Positions 48,625-57,241 of a stretch of 64,000 bases of DNA are shown here, one piece after another. Made by a program: the position numbers and the translations under genes. The notes beneath the pieces are model-generated. The model made no database searches and was not told the origin of the DNA. It saw only the letters and a list, made by a program, of their open reading frames with translations. Positions within the stretch are counted from its first letter, which is position 1; every line of letters starts with the position of its first letter. Source of the DNA: Candidatus Omnitrophota bacterium (GTDB lineage: Bacteria > Omnitrophota > Gorgyraeia > Gygaellales > Profunditerraquicolaceae); contig JBHPGR010000002.1 in assembly GCA_042570405.1 (NCBI GenBank), positions 5,992-69,991 on the forward strand. The letters run 5' to 3'.

Positions 48625-50418
48625 ATGAGGAATTATCGAAAATTATTCAGTTTTGCGCGCCCTTATTATGGGTGGCTGGTTATTTCCGGCGTCTTTATGG
48701 GCATTGTAACGCTCCTGGATGTATTTCGCCTGAGCTCGATCGTGCCGGTGATAGACAGGATATTTACCAATAAGCAGATCGTCTACACTGAGGGGAAGTT
48801 TCCCGCGGTAATCGAGCAGGTCCTGGCCCGGCTGAACAGCCTGGAGCCGCTGCAGGTGCTTACCCTGCTTCTGATCGTGATGCCCGTGGCGCTGGTGACA
48901 CGCGCTCTTTTTGAGTTCCTGCATTCTTATATAATGTCGGATGTGGGGCAGAAGGTGATCCGTGATGTGCGGGATATGGTCTATGGCAAATTACAGGTCT
49001 TATCCCTCGACTATTTTACCCAGAAGAGGAGCGGGGAATTGGTCTCGCGGATCACTAATGACGTTAAGCTGATCGAGAACGCGGTCTCTTACGCGCTTAC
49101 GGATCTGGTCTATCAGTCATTCCAGGTGATCTGTTTTGCGGTGTTGACCTTTGTGATCAACTGGAGGCTGGCGCTGATCTCGATAGTGGTACTGCCGATA
49201 GTGGCGGTGCCGATGATAGTAGTAGGTAGGGTGCTTCGCGCCTTAAGCAAGCGCTCGCAGGAGAGGATGGCTGATATCAACTCTATTCTGGTTGAGACTT
49301 TCTCCGGAGTGAGGATCGTGCGGGCGTTTTGCGCCGAGAAAATCGAGGCGGCAAAGTTCGGAAAGCATAATCATGAGTATTACCGGCTGGCGATGAAATC
49401 GATAAAGAGGATGCTGCTTCTGGGGATCACTACGGAATTAGTCGGCGTGGGGATGGCGCTCTTTATAATATTCTATGCCGGCAGGCAGGTTGTGGACGGA
49501 GTCTTCTCCTTCGGCGTATTCGCGCTTTTTATGGCGGCGTTGCTTTCACTGATAAAGCCTTTTAAGAAATTAAGCCAGGTGAATTCGATCCTGCAGAAGG
49601 CGCTGGCAGCGAGCATTCGAGTCTATGAGGTGCTGGATGCCCCTTTGAGCGTTAATGAGAAGCCGCAAGCAGTGGATTTATCCGCCTTTAAACAGGGTAT
49701 TAAATTTGAGGATGTCTGGTTCAGTTATACTGATCAGGATGTCTTGAAGGGGATTAACCTTGAGGTAAGAATGGGCCAGATGCTTGCGATCGTGGGGCCC
49801 AGCGGCGTGGGTAAGACTACACTTGTCGATCTCATCCCGCGCTTCTGGGAGCCAAAGAGCGGAAGGATCCTGATCGACGGCAAAGATATAAGCGAAGTCA
49901 CCTTTAAATCGCTGCGCAGGCAGATCGGTATCGTCACGCAAGAGGTCGTGCTCTTTAACGATACGATCAGGGGCAATATCGCCTACGGTAAACCGGATGC
50001 CTCCGGTAAAGAAATCGAGGAGGCGGCGGTCAAGGCGCACGCGGATGAGTTTATCAAGGATTTCCCTGAAGGCTATGAAACGGTGATCGGCGATAGAGGG
50101 ATGAAGCTCTCCGGAGGAGAGCGTCAGCGGATCGCGATCGCGCGGGCGCTGTTAAAGAACGCGCCGATTTTGATCCTGGATGAGGCGACATCGCAGCTGG
50201 ATTCGCAATCCGAACGCATCGTGCAGGAGGCGCTGGACAGGTTAATAAAGGGAAGAACGGTATTTGTGATCGCACACCGGCTCTCTACGGTAAGGGGGGC
50301 GAATAAAGTGATCGTGCTTGATAGGGGCCAGATCGTAGAGCAGGGCAGCCACGCCCAGCTGATCGAAAACGACGGCCTTTACAAGCGGCTTTACCAGATG
50401 CAGGAGATCCAAAAATAG
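48625..50418 (+). CDS. msbA: ABC transporter permease/ATPase, MsbA-like lipid A exporter
   Basis: 597 aa. It has a six-TM domain plus an NBD with Walker [10 protein letters not shown], signature LSGGERQR and Walker [10 protein letters not shown]. It is divergent from the lpxB operon. Confidence 0.88.
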   Translation: MRNYRKLFSFARPYYGWLVISGVFMGIVTLLDVFRLSSIVPVIDRIFTNKQIVYTEGKFPAVIEQVLARLNSLEPLQVLTLLLIVMPVALVTRALFEFLHSYIMSDVGQKVIRDVRDMVYGKLQVLSLDYFTQKRSGELVSRITNDVKLIENAVSYALTDLVYQSFQVICFAVLTFVINWRLALISIVVLPIVAVPMIVVGRVLRALSKRSQERMADINSILVETFSGVRIVRAFCAEKIEAAKFGKHNHEYYRLAMKSIKRMLLLGITTELVGVGMALFIIFYAGRQVVDGVFSFGVFALFMAALLSLIKPFKKLSQVNSILQKALAASIRVYEVLDAPLSVNEKPQAVDLSAFKQGIKFEDVWFSYTDQDVLKGINLEVRMGQMLAIVGPSGVGKTTLVDLIPRFWEPKSGRILIDGKDISEVTFKSLRRQIGIVTQEVVLFNDTIRGNIAYGKPDASGKEIEEAAVKAHADEFIKDFPEGYETVIGDRGMKLSGGERQRIAIARALLKNAPILILDEATSQLDSQSERIVQEALDRLIKGRTVFVIAHRLSTVRGANKVIVLDRGQIVEQGSHAQLIENDGLYKRLYQMQEIQK

Positions 50419-50446
50419 TTGAAACTCAAAGATATTATGATATACT
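50419..50446 (+). promoter_or_regulatory. sigma70-like promoter candidate for rpsB-tsf-pyrH
   Basis: TTGAAA (50419-50424), a 16-nt spacer, then TATACT (50441-50446). Confidence 0.45.
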
Positions 50447-50483
50447 TAACCATTTCAACAATCTTAAAAAGGAGGAACAAATA

Positions 50484-51392
50484 GTGCCATCAGAACTAAT
50501 CAAGCAGCTTTTGGAAGCAGGGGTGCATTTCGGACATAAATCTTCGCGCTGGAATCCGAAGATGAATCAGTATATCTTTGGTAAGAGGAGCGGGATTCAC
50601 GTGGTCGATCTTGAGCGGACCGAAGAGTGCCTGAACAAAGCAAGGGATTATCTCTTGGAGATCACCGCTAAGGGAGAGATGGTACTCTTTGTCGGGACGA
50701 AAAAGCAGGCCCAGGAGATCGTCAGGGCCGAGGCCACACGCTGCGGCATGTATCATGTTACTGAGCGCTGGCCGGGGGGGTTGCTGACAAACTTTGCTAC
50801 GATCAAGAAGAGCATAAACCGCCTGAAAGAGATAGAGCGGATGAAAGAGGATGGGACCTTTGAGAAGCTGACCAAGAAAGAGGTAGCCGGCCTTGAAAAG
50901 GAGCTGGGAAAGTTTATGAAAAGCTTCAGTGGGATTATCGATATGGAGCGGATGCCCGGGGCGGTTTTTATCGTAGACACTAAAAAGGAAGATACTGCAG
51001 TGAAGGAAGCGAGGCGCCTATCAATACCGATCATCGCGTTGCTTGACACAAATTCAAACCCGGACAAGATCGATTACCCGATACCGGGTAATGATGACGC
51101 GATAAAATCCATACGCCTGATCAGTTCGCTGATCGCAGATACATCTATAGCAGGAAGGAATAAGTTCCTAAATTATCTTTCTGAGAGCGGAGAGGCGATA
51201 AAGAAAAAGAAGCAGGAGGCACAACCTGAGATCGTGGTCCCTCAGGAAGAGGAGGCGATCAAAGAGATAGAAGAGGATGTGGAGTCAAAGCAGCCTGAAG
51301 AAGAGCATCCAAAGCCAAAAGAGAAAGAGGCCCCAGAGAAGCATGGGCCTCAGGCAAAGACAACCAGGACAAAGAGAAAGGCACAACTATAA
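50484..51392 (+). CDS. rpsB: 30S ribosomal protein S2 (with Lys/Glu-rich C-terminal extension)
   Basis: It has a GTG start after AAGGAGG and the family pattern [10 protein letters not shown]...RWNPKM. The tail of about 70 aa is acidic/basic. Confidence 0.95.
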   Translation: MPSELIKQLLEAGVHFGHKSSRWNPKMNQYIFGKRSGIHVVDLERTEECLNKARDYLLEITAKGEMVLFVGTKKQAQEIVRAEATRCGMYHVTERWPGGLLTNFATIKKSINRLKEIERMKEDGTFEKLTKKEVAGLEKELGKFMKSFSGIIDMERMPGAVFIVDTKKEDTAVKEARRLSIPIIALLDTNSNPDKIDYPIPGNDDAIKSIRLISSLIADTSIAGRNKFLNYLSESGEAIKKKKQEAQPEIVVPQEEEAIKEIEEDVESKQPEEEHPKPKEKEAPEKHGPQAKTTRTKRKAQL

Positions 51393-51916
51393 TGAAGAGT
51401 TCACTGGACTCAGTCAGGGAGTTAAGGAGGATTACCGCCGCAAGCATATCAGATTGCAACAAGGCGCTTAAGGATGCCAAGGGCGATATCAAGAAGGCCG
51501 CTGAGCTGATCCGCAAACGAGGATTACAGATCGCAAGCAAAAAATCTCTCAGGGCCGCCAATGAGGGCAGGATCGAGGCCTATGTGCATTTAGGAAATAA
51601 GACCGGAGTATTGCTTGAGGTCAATTGTGAGACAGACTTCGTAGCGCGCAACAGCGACTTTTGCCAGTTTACCAAGGATGTTGCCATGCATATCGTAGCG
51701 TGCGAGCCAGCTTATTTAAGTAAAAAAGAGGTGCCCGCTAAGGATCTGAAGAAAGAAAAGAACAAAGAAGAGTTTTGCAAGCAGAATTGCCTGTTGGAGC
51801 AGGCCTTTGTCAAAGATCCCTCCGTCACCGTAAAGGACCTCCTGACAGGCCTGGTCGCTAAGACCGGAGAAAATATCGTTATCCGCAGATTCATGCGCTA
51901 CAGAATCGGAGAATGA
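51392..51916 (+). CDS. tsf: translation elongation factor Ts (short form)
   Basis: 174 aa. It has the N-terminal UBA-like [37 protein letters not shown] and the core [15 protein letters not shown]. Confidence 0.85.
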   Translation: MKSSLDSVRELRRITAASISDCNKALKDAKGDIKKAAELIRKRGLQIASKKSLRAANEGRIEAYVHLGNKTGVLLEVNCETDFVARNSDFCQFTKDVAMHIVACEPAYLSKKEVPAKDLKKEKNKEEFCKQNCLLEQAFVKDPSVTVKDLLTGLVAKTGENIVIRRFMRYRIGE

Positions 51917-52638
51917 GCCTTAAACCAGCCTATAAGAGGATAGTCTTAAAACTGAGCGGCGAAGCCCTGCAGGGGCTTAAGCGGCACGGGATCGATCATG
52001 CTGTTTTGGCCTCTATCGCAGGCCAGATCAAAGAGGTCAAGGACCTGAAGGTCGACATTGCGATCGTCCTGGGCGCCGGGAATATCTTCCGCGGACAGGA
52101 GAATATCGCCTCGCGCGGATTAGGGATGGACCGGTCGGTTGCCGACTACATGGGGATGCTGGCGACCGTGATAAACGGCTTGGCGCTTCAGGATGCCCTG
52201 GAGAAGGCAGGGGTCCCCACCCGGGTGATGACGGCGATCGAAATAGAAAGGGTCGCTGAGACCTACATCAGGCGCCGGGCGATCAGGCATTTGGAGAAGG
52301 GGCGGGTAGTGATCTTTGTCGCCGGAACCGGGAATCCTTATTTTACGACCGATACCGCCGCAGCTCTGCGCGCGATGGAGATAAACGCGCAGGCGATCCT
52401 AAAAGGCACAAAGGTCGATGGCGTTTACAATGCTGATCCGGTCAAGGTAAAGAGGGCTAAGAAATTTAAGCAGTTAAAATATATCGACGTATTAAAGAAG
52501 GGCCTTAAGGTGATGGATGCAACCGCGGTAAGCCTGTGCATGGATAATAACCTGCCGATAGTGGTATTTAACCTCAATAAAAAGGGTAATATCAAGCGTG
52601 CGGTTTTAGGACAGAGGTTAGGGACGGTTGTCAAATAA
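51913..52638 (+). CDS. pyrH: UMP kinase
   Basis: 241 aa. It has [19 protein letters not shown] and the context tsf-pyrH-frr. Confidence 0.93.
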   Translation: MSLKPAYKRIVLKLSGEALQGLKRHGIDHAVLASIAGQIKEVKDLKVDIAIVLGAGNIFRGQENIASRGLGMDRSVADYMGMLATVINGLALQDALEKAGVPTRVMTAIEIERVAETYIRRRAIRHLEKGRVVIFVAGTGNPYFTTDTAAALRAMEINAQAILKGTKVDGVYNADPVKVKRAKKFKQLKYIDVLKKGLKVMDATAVSLCMDNNLPIVVFNLNKKGNIKRAVLGQRLGTVVK

Positions 52639-52839
52639 AGGCGTAAGTTATGTATGGAACTTTCCCGGCTCATAAGCCGCGGGAAAATTCTCTTTGATAA
52701 TTTTCCCGCATTCGCCGGGATTAATTCGCCCAGACAACTTACGTCACTAGCGTTCCGTAAGTTGTGGGCTCATTATCGCACTTATAACTTACTCACACTT
52801 TTAGTGTTCGTAAGTTATGTGCTCATTAAGGAGGTATTG
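52639..52839 (+). repeat. motif-dense structured pyrH-frr spacer (CGTAAGTTRT repeats in both orientations)
   Basis: Direct copies lie at 52642, 52756 and 52809, the last two extended to CGTAAGTTRTG(G)GCTCATTA. Inverted copies are ACAACTTACG (52734-52743) and ATAACTTAC (52784-52792). These give two strong hairpins, at 52734-52765 and 52784-52819. Confidence 0.6.
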
Positions 52840-53400
52840 ATGACTACCAAAGAGATCTTGCATACGGCTGAAGAAAAGATGAAGAAATCGCTGGAATCAG
52901 TAGCCCGCGAATATGCCGAGGTTCGTACAGGAAGGGCGCATCCGGGCTTAGTTGAAGGATTGCATGTAGATTATTACGGGACCCCGACCCTCTTTAAGCA
53001 GTTGGCCTCGATCTCAGTGCCGGATGCACATCTGATCGTGATCCAACCTTGGGATCCGAATGCGATCCCCGAGATGGAGAAGGCGATCATGAAGTCAAAT
53101 ATCGGGATCACGCCCTCCAACGACGGCAAGTTGATCCGCCTGGCTGTACCGCCATTATCCAAAGAGAGGCGGCAGGAGCTGGTGAAATTGGTGCATCAGA
53201 TGAGCGAGGAGGGGAGGATCTCGCTGCGCACGATCAGAAGAGATATCAAGGAGGCGCTGGAGAAGACAGAGAAAGAAAAGAAGATCTCAGAAGATGATAA
53301 ATTCCGCGGCGTTGATTCCCTGCAGAAGATCACTGATAAATACATCTTAAAAATAGAAGAGTTACTAAAGAGCAAAGAGAAGGAGATCCAGGAGTTTTAG
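52840..53400 (+). CDS. frr: ribosome recycling factor
   Basis: MTTKEILHTAEEKMKKSLE... matches the Frr N-terminus. AAGGAGG lies at 52828-52834. The 62-codon upstream extension in the ORF track is non-homologous and lies in the repeat region. Confidence 0.92.
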   Translation: MTTKEILHTAEEKMKKSLESVAREYAEVRTGRAHPGLVEGLHVDYYGTPTLFKQLASISVPDAHLIVIQPWDPNAIPEMEKAIMKSNIGITPSNDGKLIRLAVPPLSKERRQELVKLVHQMSEEGRISLRTIRRDIKEALEKTEKEKKISEDDKFRGVDSLQKITDKYILKIEELLKSKEKEIQEF

Positions 53401-53410
53401 GGCAATATTC

Positions 53411-54259
53411 ATGACAAAGAAATTAGAAGTAAAAATAATTAAAAGATCCAGAAAATTACGTACTAATGGCTTATCTTTTGGGGAAATCTCCTTTATTACA
53501 GGCGTACCAAGAAGCACGCTTTATGGTCACCTAAGAGATATATCCCTAACAGTTGAGCAGAGACATAATTTAGATATTAGAAATAGAGAACGAAATATGC
53601 ATAAGATAAATCCCCGAAAAGATAAATGTCTTGCGGGTAGAGAAATTGTAAAGCCTAGGGCGTGGTCAACTGATTTAGTTCATACTGTAGCTCATTTTAT
53701 GTTTGACGGCAGAGTAAGTGATGATTGTTGTATTTACTATAGTAACAGTAAGTACCAAATCAACCATATGAGAATGCTTTTGCATAAAATTTTTAATGCT
53801 GAACCTAAAGTTCATTCGAGAGATAATAACGTCTATGGGTTGGTTTTCTATCATGTCGAACTCGCTAATTATCTTAAGAAGCGTAAGAAGGAGCTAGTTG
53901 ATTACCTAAACAATGGTGCTTCACGAATGGAAAAGAGGGTATTTTTGAAGGCATTTTTTGACGACGAAGGGAACGTTTTTTATAAAGGTAGTACTCGGCG
54001 AGTACGAGGCTACCAACAATTATCTTCTGTACTGGAACAAATAAAAGATTTACTAAGGGATTTTAGAGTAGAGTGCAAAATTGATAAAAGCAATACCGAT
54101 ATTGAAATTACAGGTCAGAAAAATTTGTTAAACTTTAGCAAAGAGATAAACTTTTCTCCTAAAATCTATATTAACCATAGGAGAAAAAATGGAATTTGGA
54201 AGAAGAGGATTTCTAAGAGCAAGATTTTAGAAGCTTCATTGAAGTCTTATAAGAAATAG
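53411..54259 (+). CDS. free-standing LAGLIDADG-type homing-endonuclease-like protein with N-terminal HTH
   Basis: 282 aa. The second motif FLKAFFDDEGNV is canonical LAGLIDADG-like. A degenerate first motif VAHFMFDGRV lies about 85 aa upstream. The N-terminal LSFGEISFITGVPRSTLYGHL looks like an HTH. The ORF is visibly AT-rich relative to its neighbours. Confidence 0.6.
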   Translation: MTKKLEVKIIKRSRKLRTNGLSFGEISFITGVPRSTLYGHLRDISLTVEQRHNLDIRNRERNMHKINPRKDKCLAGREIVKPRAWSTDLVHTVAHFMFDGRVSDDCCIYYSNSKYQINHMRMLLHKIFNAEPKVHSRDNNVYGLVFYHVELANYLKKRKKELVDYLNNGASRMEKRVFLKAFFDDEGNVFYKGSTRRVRGYQQLSSVLEQIKDLLRDFRVECKIDKSNTDIEITGQKNLLNFSKEINFSPKIYINHRRKNGIWKKRISKSKILEASLKSYKK

Positions 54260-54306
54260 AGGTAAAGTAATTTCGTTCATTGATAATGAGTTAAAGAATT
54301 AATTCT

Positions 54307-54640
54307 GGGCCACTAGCTCATCCGGTAGAGCACCGCCCTCAGCCTAAGGGGGCGCTACTGGGAAACCAGTAGTAGTGAATCTTGTAAATTGCGGGGAAAT
54401 CTGGTGTATTTCAAGATACTCTGTGAATAGAGTAATAATTCTTGAATGCAGATAATCCGCAGCCAAGCCCTTTTTATCAGGAAGGTAAGGGAAGGTTCAA
54501 CGACTATAATCAAGATTCCCTTCATTTTTGAAATTAATAATAAATGGGGGAAATGGAATAGTCTGATCTGTATGGCGACATACAGCTAACACAAATGTTT
54601 AAGGCGGGTGTGCCGTGTTCGAGTCACGGGTGGCCCACCA
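54307..54640 (+). tRNA. tRNA-Lys(UUU) interrupted by a 258-nt group I intron in the anticodon loop
   Basis: The exons are 54307-54339 and 54598-54640. The acceptor is GGGCCAC/GTGGCCC, the D arm GCTC-ATCCGGTA-GAGC, the anticodon stem CCGCC/GGCGG, and the T arm CCGTG-TTCGAGT-CACGG, followed by A-CCA. The spliced anticodon loop is CU|UUUAA. Confidence 0.85.
54340..54597 (+). ncRNA. group I self-splicing intron (tRNA-type, IC3-like), no internal ORF
   Basis: Hand-folded in the canonical order. P1 is 54334-54339/54349-54354 with a U.G pair at the 5' splice site. P2 is 54355-54372 with a GAAA loop. P3 is AATCTTG/CAAGATT (54378/54511). J3/4 is TAAATT. P4 is GCGG/CCGC. P5 is ATCTG/CAGAT, followed by P5a and P5b. 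P6 is CCCTT/AAGGG. P7 is GACTA/TAGTC (54502/54559). P8 is present. P9 is CTGTATG-GCGA-CATACAG. The terminal G is at 54597. Confidence 0.85.
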
Positions 54641-54655
54641 AGTTTCAAGTTTCAA

Positions 54656-54831
54656 GGTTCGAGGCTCTCCCGCCGAAGGCGGGATAAGCTTTTGAGAGCC
54701 GAGAACCTAAAGAGAGGATTCTTAAGGAGAGAAGACCGTTCTCTCCTTAAGATTGCTGTTCTTTGATTGCTAAGGAAGGGGTGACCGCCCCGCAAAGCGG
54801 GGCACCAGAGGGGAAACCATATGGGTTTCCC
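54656..54831 (+). other. cluster of strong GC-rich hairpins between tRNA-Lys and tRNA-Leu (candidate structured RNA)
   Basis: H1 is 54656-54707 (GGTTC..GGCTCTC[CCCGCC-GAAG-GGCGGG]..GAGAGCC..GAACC). H2 is 54720-54752, a 14-bp perfect stem. H4 is 54787-54803 (GCCCCGC-AAA-GCGGGGC). H5 is 54811-54831 (GGGAAACC-ATAT-GGGTTTCCC). There is no ORF. Confidence 0.4.
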
Positions 54832-54930
54832 TATGGGGAGTGAGCGTCAGTAGATAGCGAGATAAGCATAGATACAGCTTTAAGCTTGATTTGTTTACTT
54901 GCAAGTACTGAACCAGCTATAGCGAACGAC

Positions 54931-55012
54931 GCGGACGTGGTGGAATTGGCAGACACGATAGCCTTAGGAGCTATTGGGGCAACCCTTGGGGGTTCAAATC
55001 CCTCCGTCCGCA
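54931..55012 (+). tRNA. tRNA-Leu(UAG)
   Basis: It folds by hand into an 82-nt cloverleaf. The acceptor is GCGGACG/CGTCCGC, the anticodon loop is CTTAGGA, the variable arm is long (TGGGGCAACCCTTG), and the T arm is GGGGG-TTCAAAT-CCCTC. CCA is not encoded. Confidence 0.93.
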
Positions 55013-55139
55013 TATTTCGTTGATTCGTTCTTCGTTATTTCGTTAACGGGTTGATTTGTTGATGGGTTGTTGTGTAAATACACGGCAACAAGTCAACACT
55101 TCAACGCGTCAACTAATTTCGTTTTTTTTATTGAAGAAT

Positions 55140-55217
<78 letters not shown>

Positions 55218-55266
55218 GTATTCATAAAATTTAACCTGTCAATTTCAGTCGAAGAGGAGACTTGCT

Positions 55267-55737
55267 ATGAAGATCATGGATTTTCTTGCACCAAAGGCAA
55301 TCGCAACTGACATCAAATCGACAAAGAAAGAGGAAGTGATCAGCGAGCTGGCGGATCTATTGATCGATGCCGGGGAGATCGATAAGCGCAACCGCGACAA
55401 GCTCGTTGTTGCCATGATGGCCAGGGAGTCCCTGGGCTCAACCGCTATCGGCCAGGGCGTTGCCATCCCGCACGCAAAGTCTGAATGCGTCAAGAAACTT
55501 GTAGCGGCCTTTGCGCTTTCTAAAAAAGGAGTGAAGTTTGATTCTTTAGATGATGAGCCGGTGCACATATTTTTTACGTTACTTGCGCCACTGGATTCTG
55601 CCGGGCCGCATCTTAAGGCCCTGGCCAGGATCTCAAGACTCCTGAAGGATAAATATTTCCGCGACAGCCTACGCGCTTGCGAGAATAGCGAGGCGATCGT
55701 AAAGATAATCATACAGGAAGATGAAAAGAAGGTTTGA
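55267..55737 (+). CDS. ptsN: PTS EIIA-Ntr (nitrogen regulatory IIA, fructose/mannitol-type EIIA)
   Basis: 156 aa. The active-site His context is GSTAIGQGVAIPHAK. It is adjacent to the HPr and EI genes. Confidence 0.85.
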   Translation: MKIMDFLAPKAIATDIKSTKKEEVISELADLLIDAGEIDKRNRDKLVVAMMARESLGSTAIGQGVAIPHAKSECVKKLVAAFALSKKGVKFDSLDDEPVHIFFTLLAPLDSAGPHLKALARISRLLKDKYFRDSLRACENSEAIVKIIIQEDEKKV

Positions 55738-56971
55738 AAAATTTGAAAAGTTTAAGTGGCTGTATCCAGGCATCGGCATAAAGCGCTGGATCGGCCTGAC
55801 CGGGTTCGGAGTGATCCTGGTAATCGCAGGCTCGCTTAGCCTGCAGGCGCAGGATTTTTGGGTATTAAAGGCGCTTGATTCTATAGTCCTGGCCTCCGGG
55901 ATCATCATCCTGGTCTTAGGCATCAAGCAGATGATCCGTTCATTTATGGCGGCATTTGTGCCCGGGTCAAAGGATGCCGAGATAGTCGATATTTTATACC
56001 AGAAGAAACAGCTCAGCCGGGGTCCTAAGGTAGTTACTGTCGGCGGGGGCACAGGGCTATCGGTCCTTTTAAGCGGTTTAAAGGAGTACAGCTCGAATAT
56101 CTCGGCGATCGTGACGGTTGCAGATAGCGGCGGTTCATCGGGCCGCCTAAGAGAGCAGTTTGATATCCTGCCGCCGGGAGATATCCGCAACTGCCTGGTG
56201 GCTTTGGCTGATGCCCCCACGTTGATGCGTGATCTCTTCCAGTTCCGTTTTGAAAAGGGCACGGAGCTTTCCGGACATAGCTTTGGCAATCTTTTTATCA
56301 CGGTAATGACCAGGCTCACCGGTGATTTTGAAAAGGCGATCAAAGAAACGAGCAAGGTCCTGGCCCTGCGCGGACAGGTAATACCATCAACGTTGGATAA
56401 TGTAGGGTTAGTGGCAAAACATACCGACGGTTCGATCACTGTGGGTGAGGACAAGATCCCGAAGGCGCAAAAAGCAATAGAGATGGTCAGCCTACAGCCT
56501 GAGCATCCGCTGGCGACACCCGAGGCGGTAAAGGCGATAAGAGAGGCTGAGATAATCGTCCTGGGTCCGGGTTCGCTATATACCAGCATCATACCGAATC
56601 TTTTGATCAAGGAGATCGCGGAAGCAATCGTTGCTTCCAATGCGATCAAGATATACGTATCTAACGTGATGACCCAGCCGGGAGAGACTGACGGATACAG
56701 CGTCTGTGACCATATAAAGACGCTGGCAAAACACAGCCACCCGCGTATTTTTGACTATTGCGTGGTAAACAGCGGTGTGGTGCCCGAGGAGATGCTTAAG
56801 CGTTACGCCAGTGAGAAATCTCACCCCGTAAAGAGAGACGTTGATAAGATCAGGAAACTCGGATACCGCCTGATCGAAGATAATTTTATCATCGTCGATG
56901 ATGTGGTCAGACATAACGCGGTAAAATTAGCCGAGATAATCTTCGGGATCATGGAAGAGGTAAGAAGTTAA
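55721..56971 (+). CDS. YvcK/CofD-family (UPF0052) protein with an N-terminal two-TM extension
   Basis: The core is VVTVGGGTGLSVLLSGLK...ILPPGDIRNCLVAL. It is preceded by about 95 aa containing two hydrophobic helices. Confidence 0.8.
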   Translation: MKRRFEKFEKFKWLYPGIGIKRWIGLTGFGVILVIAGSLSLQAQDFWVLKALDSIVLASGIIILVLGIKQMIRSFMAAFVPGSKDAEIVDILYQKKQLSRGPKVVTVGGGTGLSVLLSGLKEYSSNISAIVTVADSGGSSGRLREQFDILPPGDIRNCLVALADAPTLMRDLFQFRFEKGTELSGHSFGNLFITVMTRLTGDFEKAIKETSKVLALRGQVIPSTLDNVGLVAKHTDGSITVGEDKIPKAQKAIEMVSLQPEHPLATPEAVKAIREAEIIVLGPGSLYTSIIPNLLIKEIAEAIVASNAIKIYVSNVMTQPGETDGYSVCDHIKTLAKHSHPRIFDYCVVNSGVVPEEMLKRYASEKSHPVKRDVDKIRKLGYRLIEDNFIIVDDVVRHNAVKLAEIIFGIMEEVRS

Positions 56972-57241
56972 ATGCCCTTATTGACTAAGAAACTGACAGT
57001 AATGAATAAGCAGGGGCTGCATGCCAGGCCGGCGGCGATATTCGTACAGATCGCCAATAAATTTGATTCACGTATCACGGTCAGGCGCGAGAAGGAAGAG
57101 ATAAACGGAAAATCGATCATGGGGATCCTTACACTTGGCGCTGAACAGGGCAGTGAGATCATCGTCGAGGCAGAAGGCGAGGACGCCCAGGAGGCGATAG
57201 ACGCACTGGAGCGGCTGGTGAGCAGTGAGGCAGGTGAATGA
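56972..57241 (+). CDS. ptsH: phosphocarrier protein HPr/NPr
   Basis: 89 aa. It has GLHARPAA (His15) and the GKSIMGILTLG (Ser46) region. Confidence 0.88.
   Translation: MPLLTKKLTVMNKQGLHARPAAIFVQIANKFDSRITVRREKEEINGKSIMGILTLGAEQGSEIIVEAEGEDAQEAIDALERLVSSEAGE

Noticed and set aside
52654-52839. A 62-codon N-terminal extension of frr in the ORF track (MELSRLISRG...).
   Set aside because: The extension matches nothing in Frr. The conserved Frr N-terminus begins at ATG 52840, right after AAGGAGG. The upstream stretch is the repeat and hairpin region, open only by chance.
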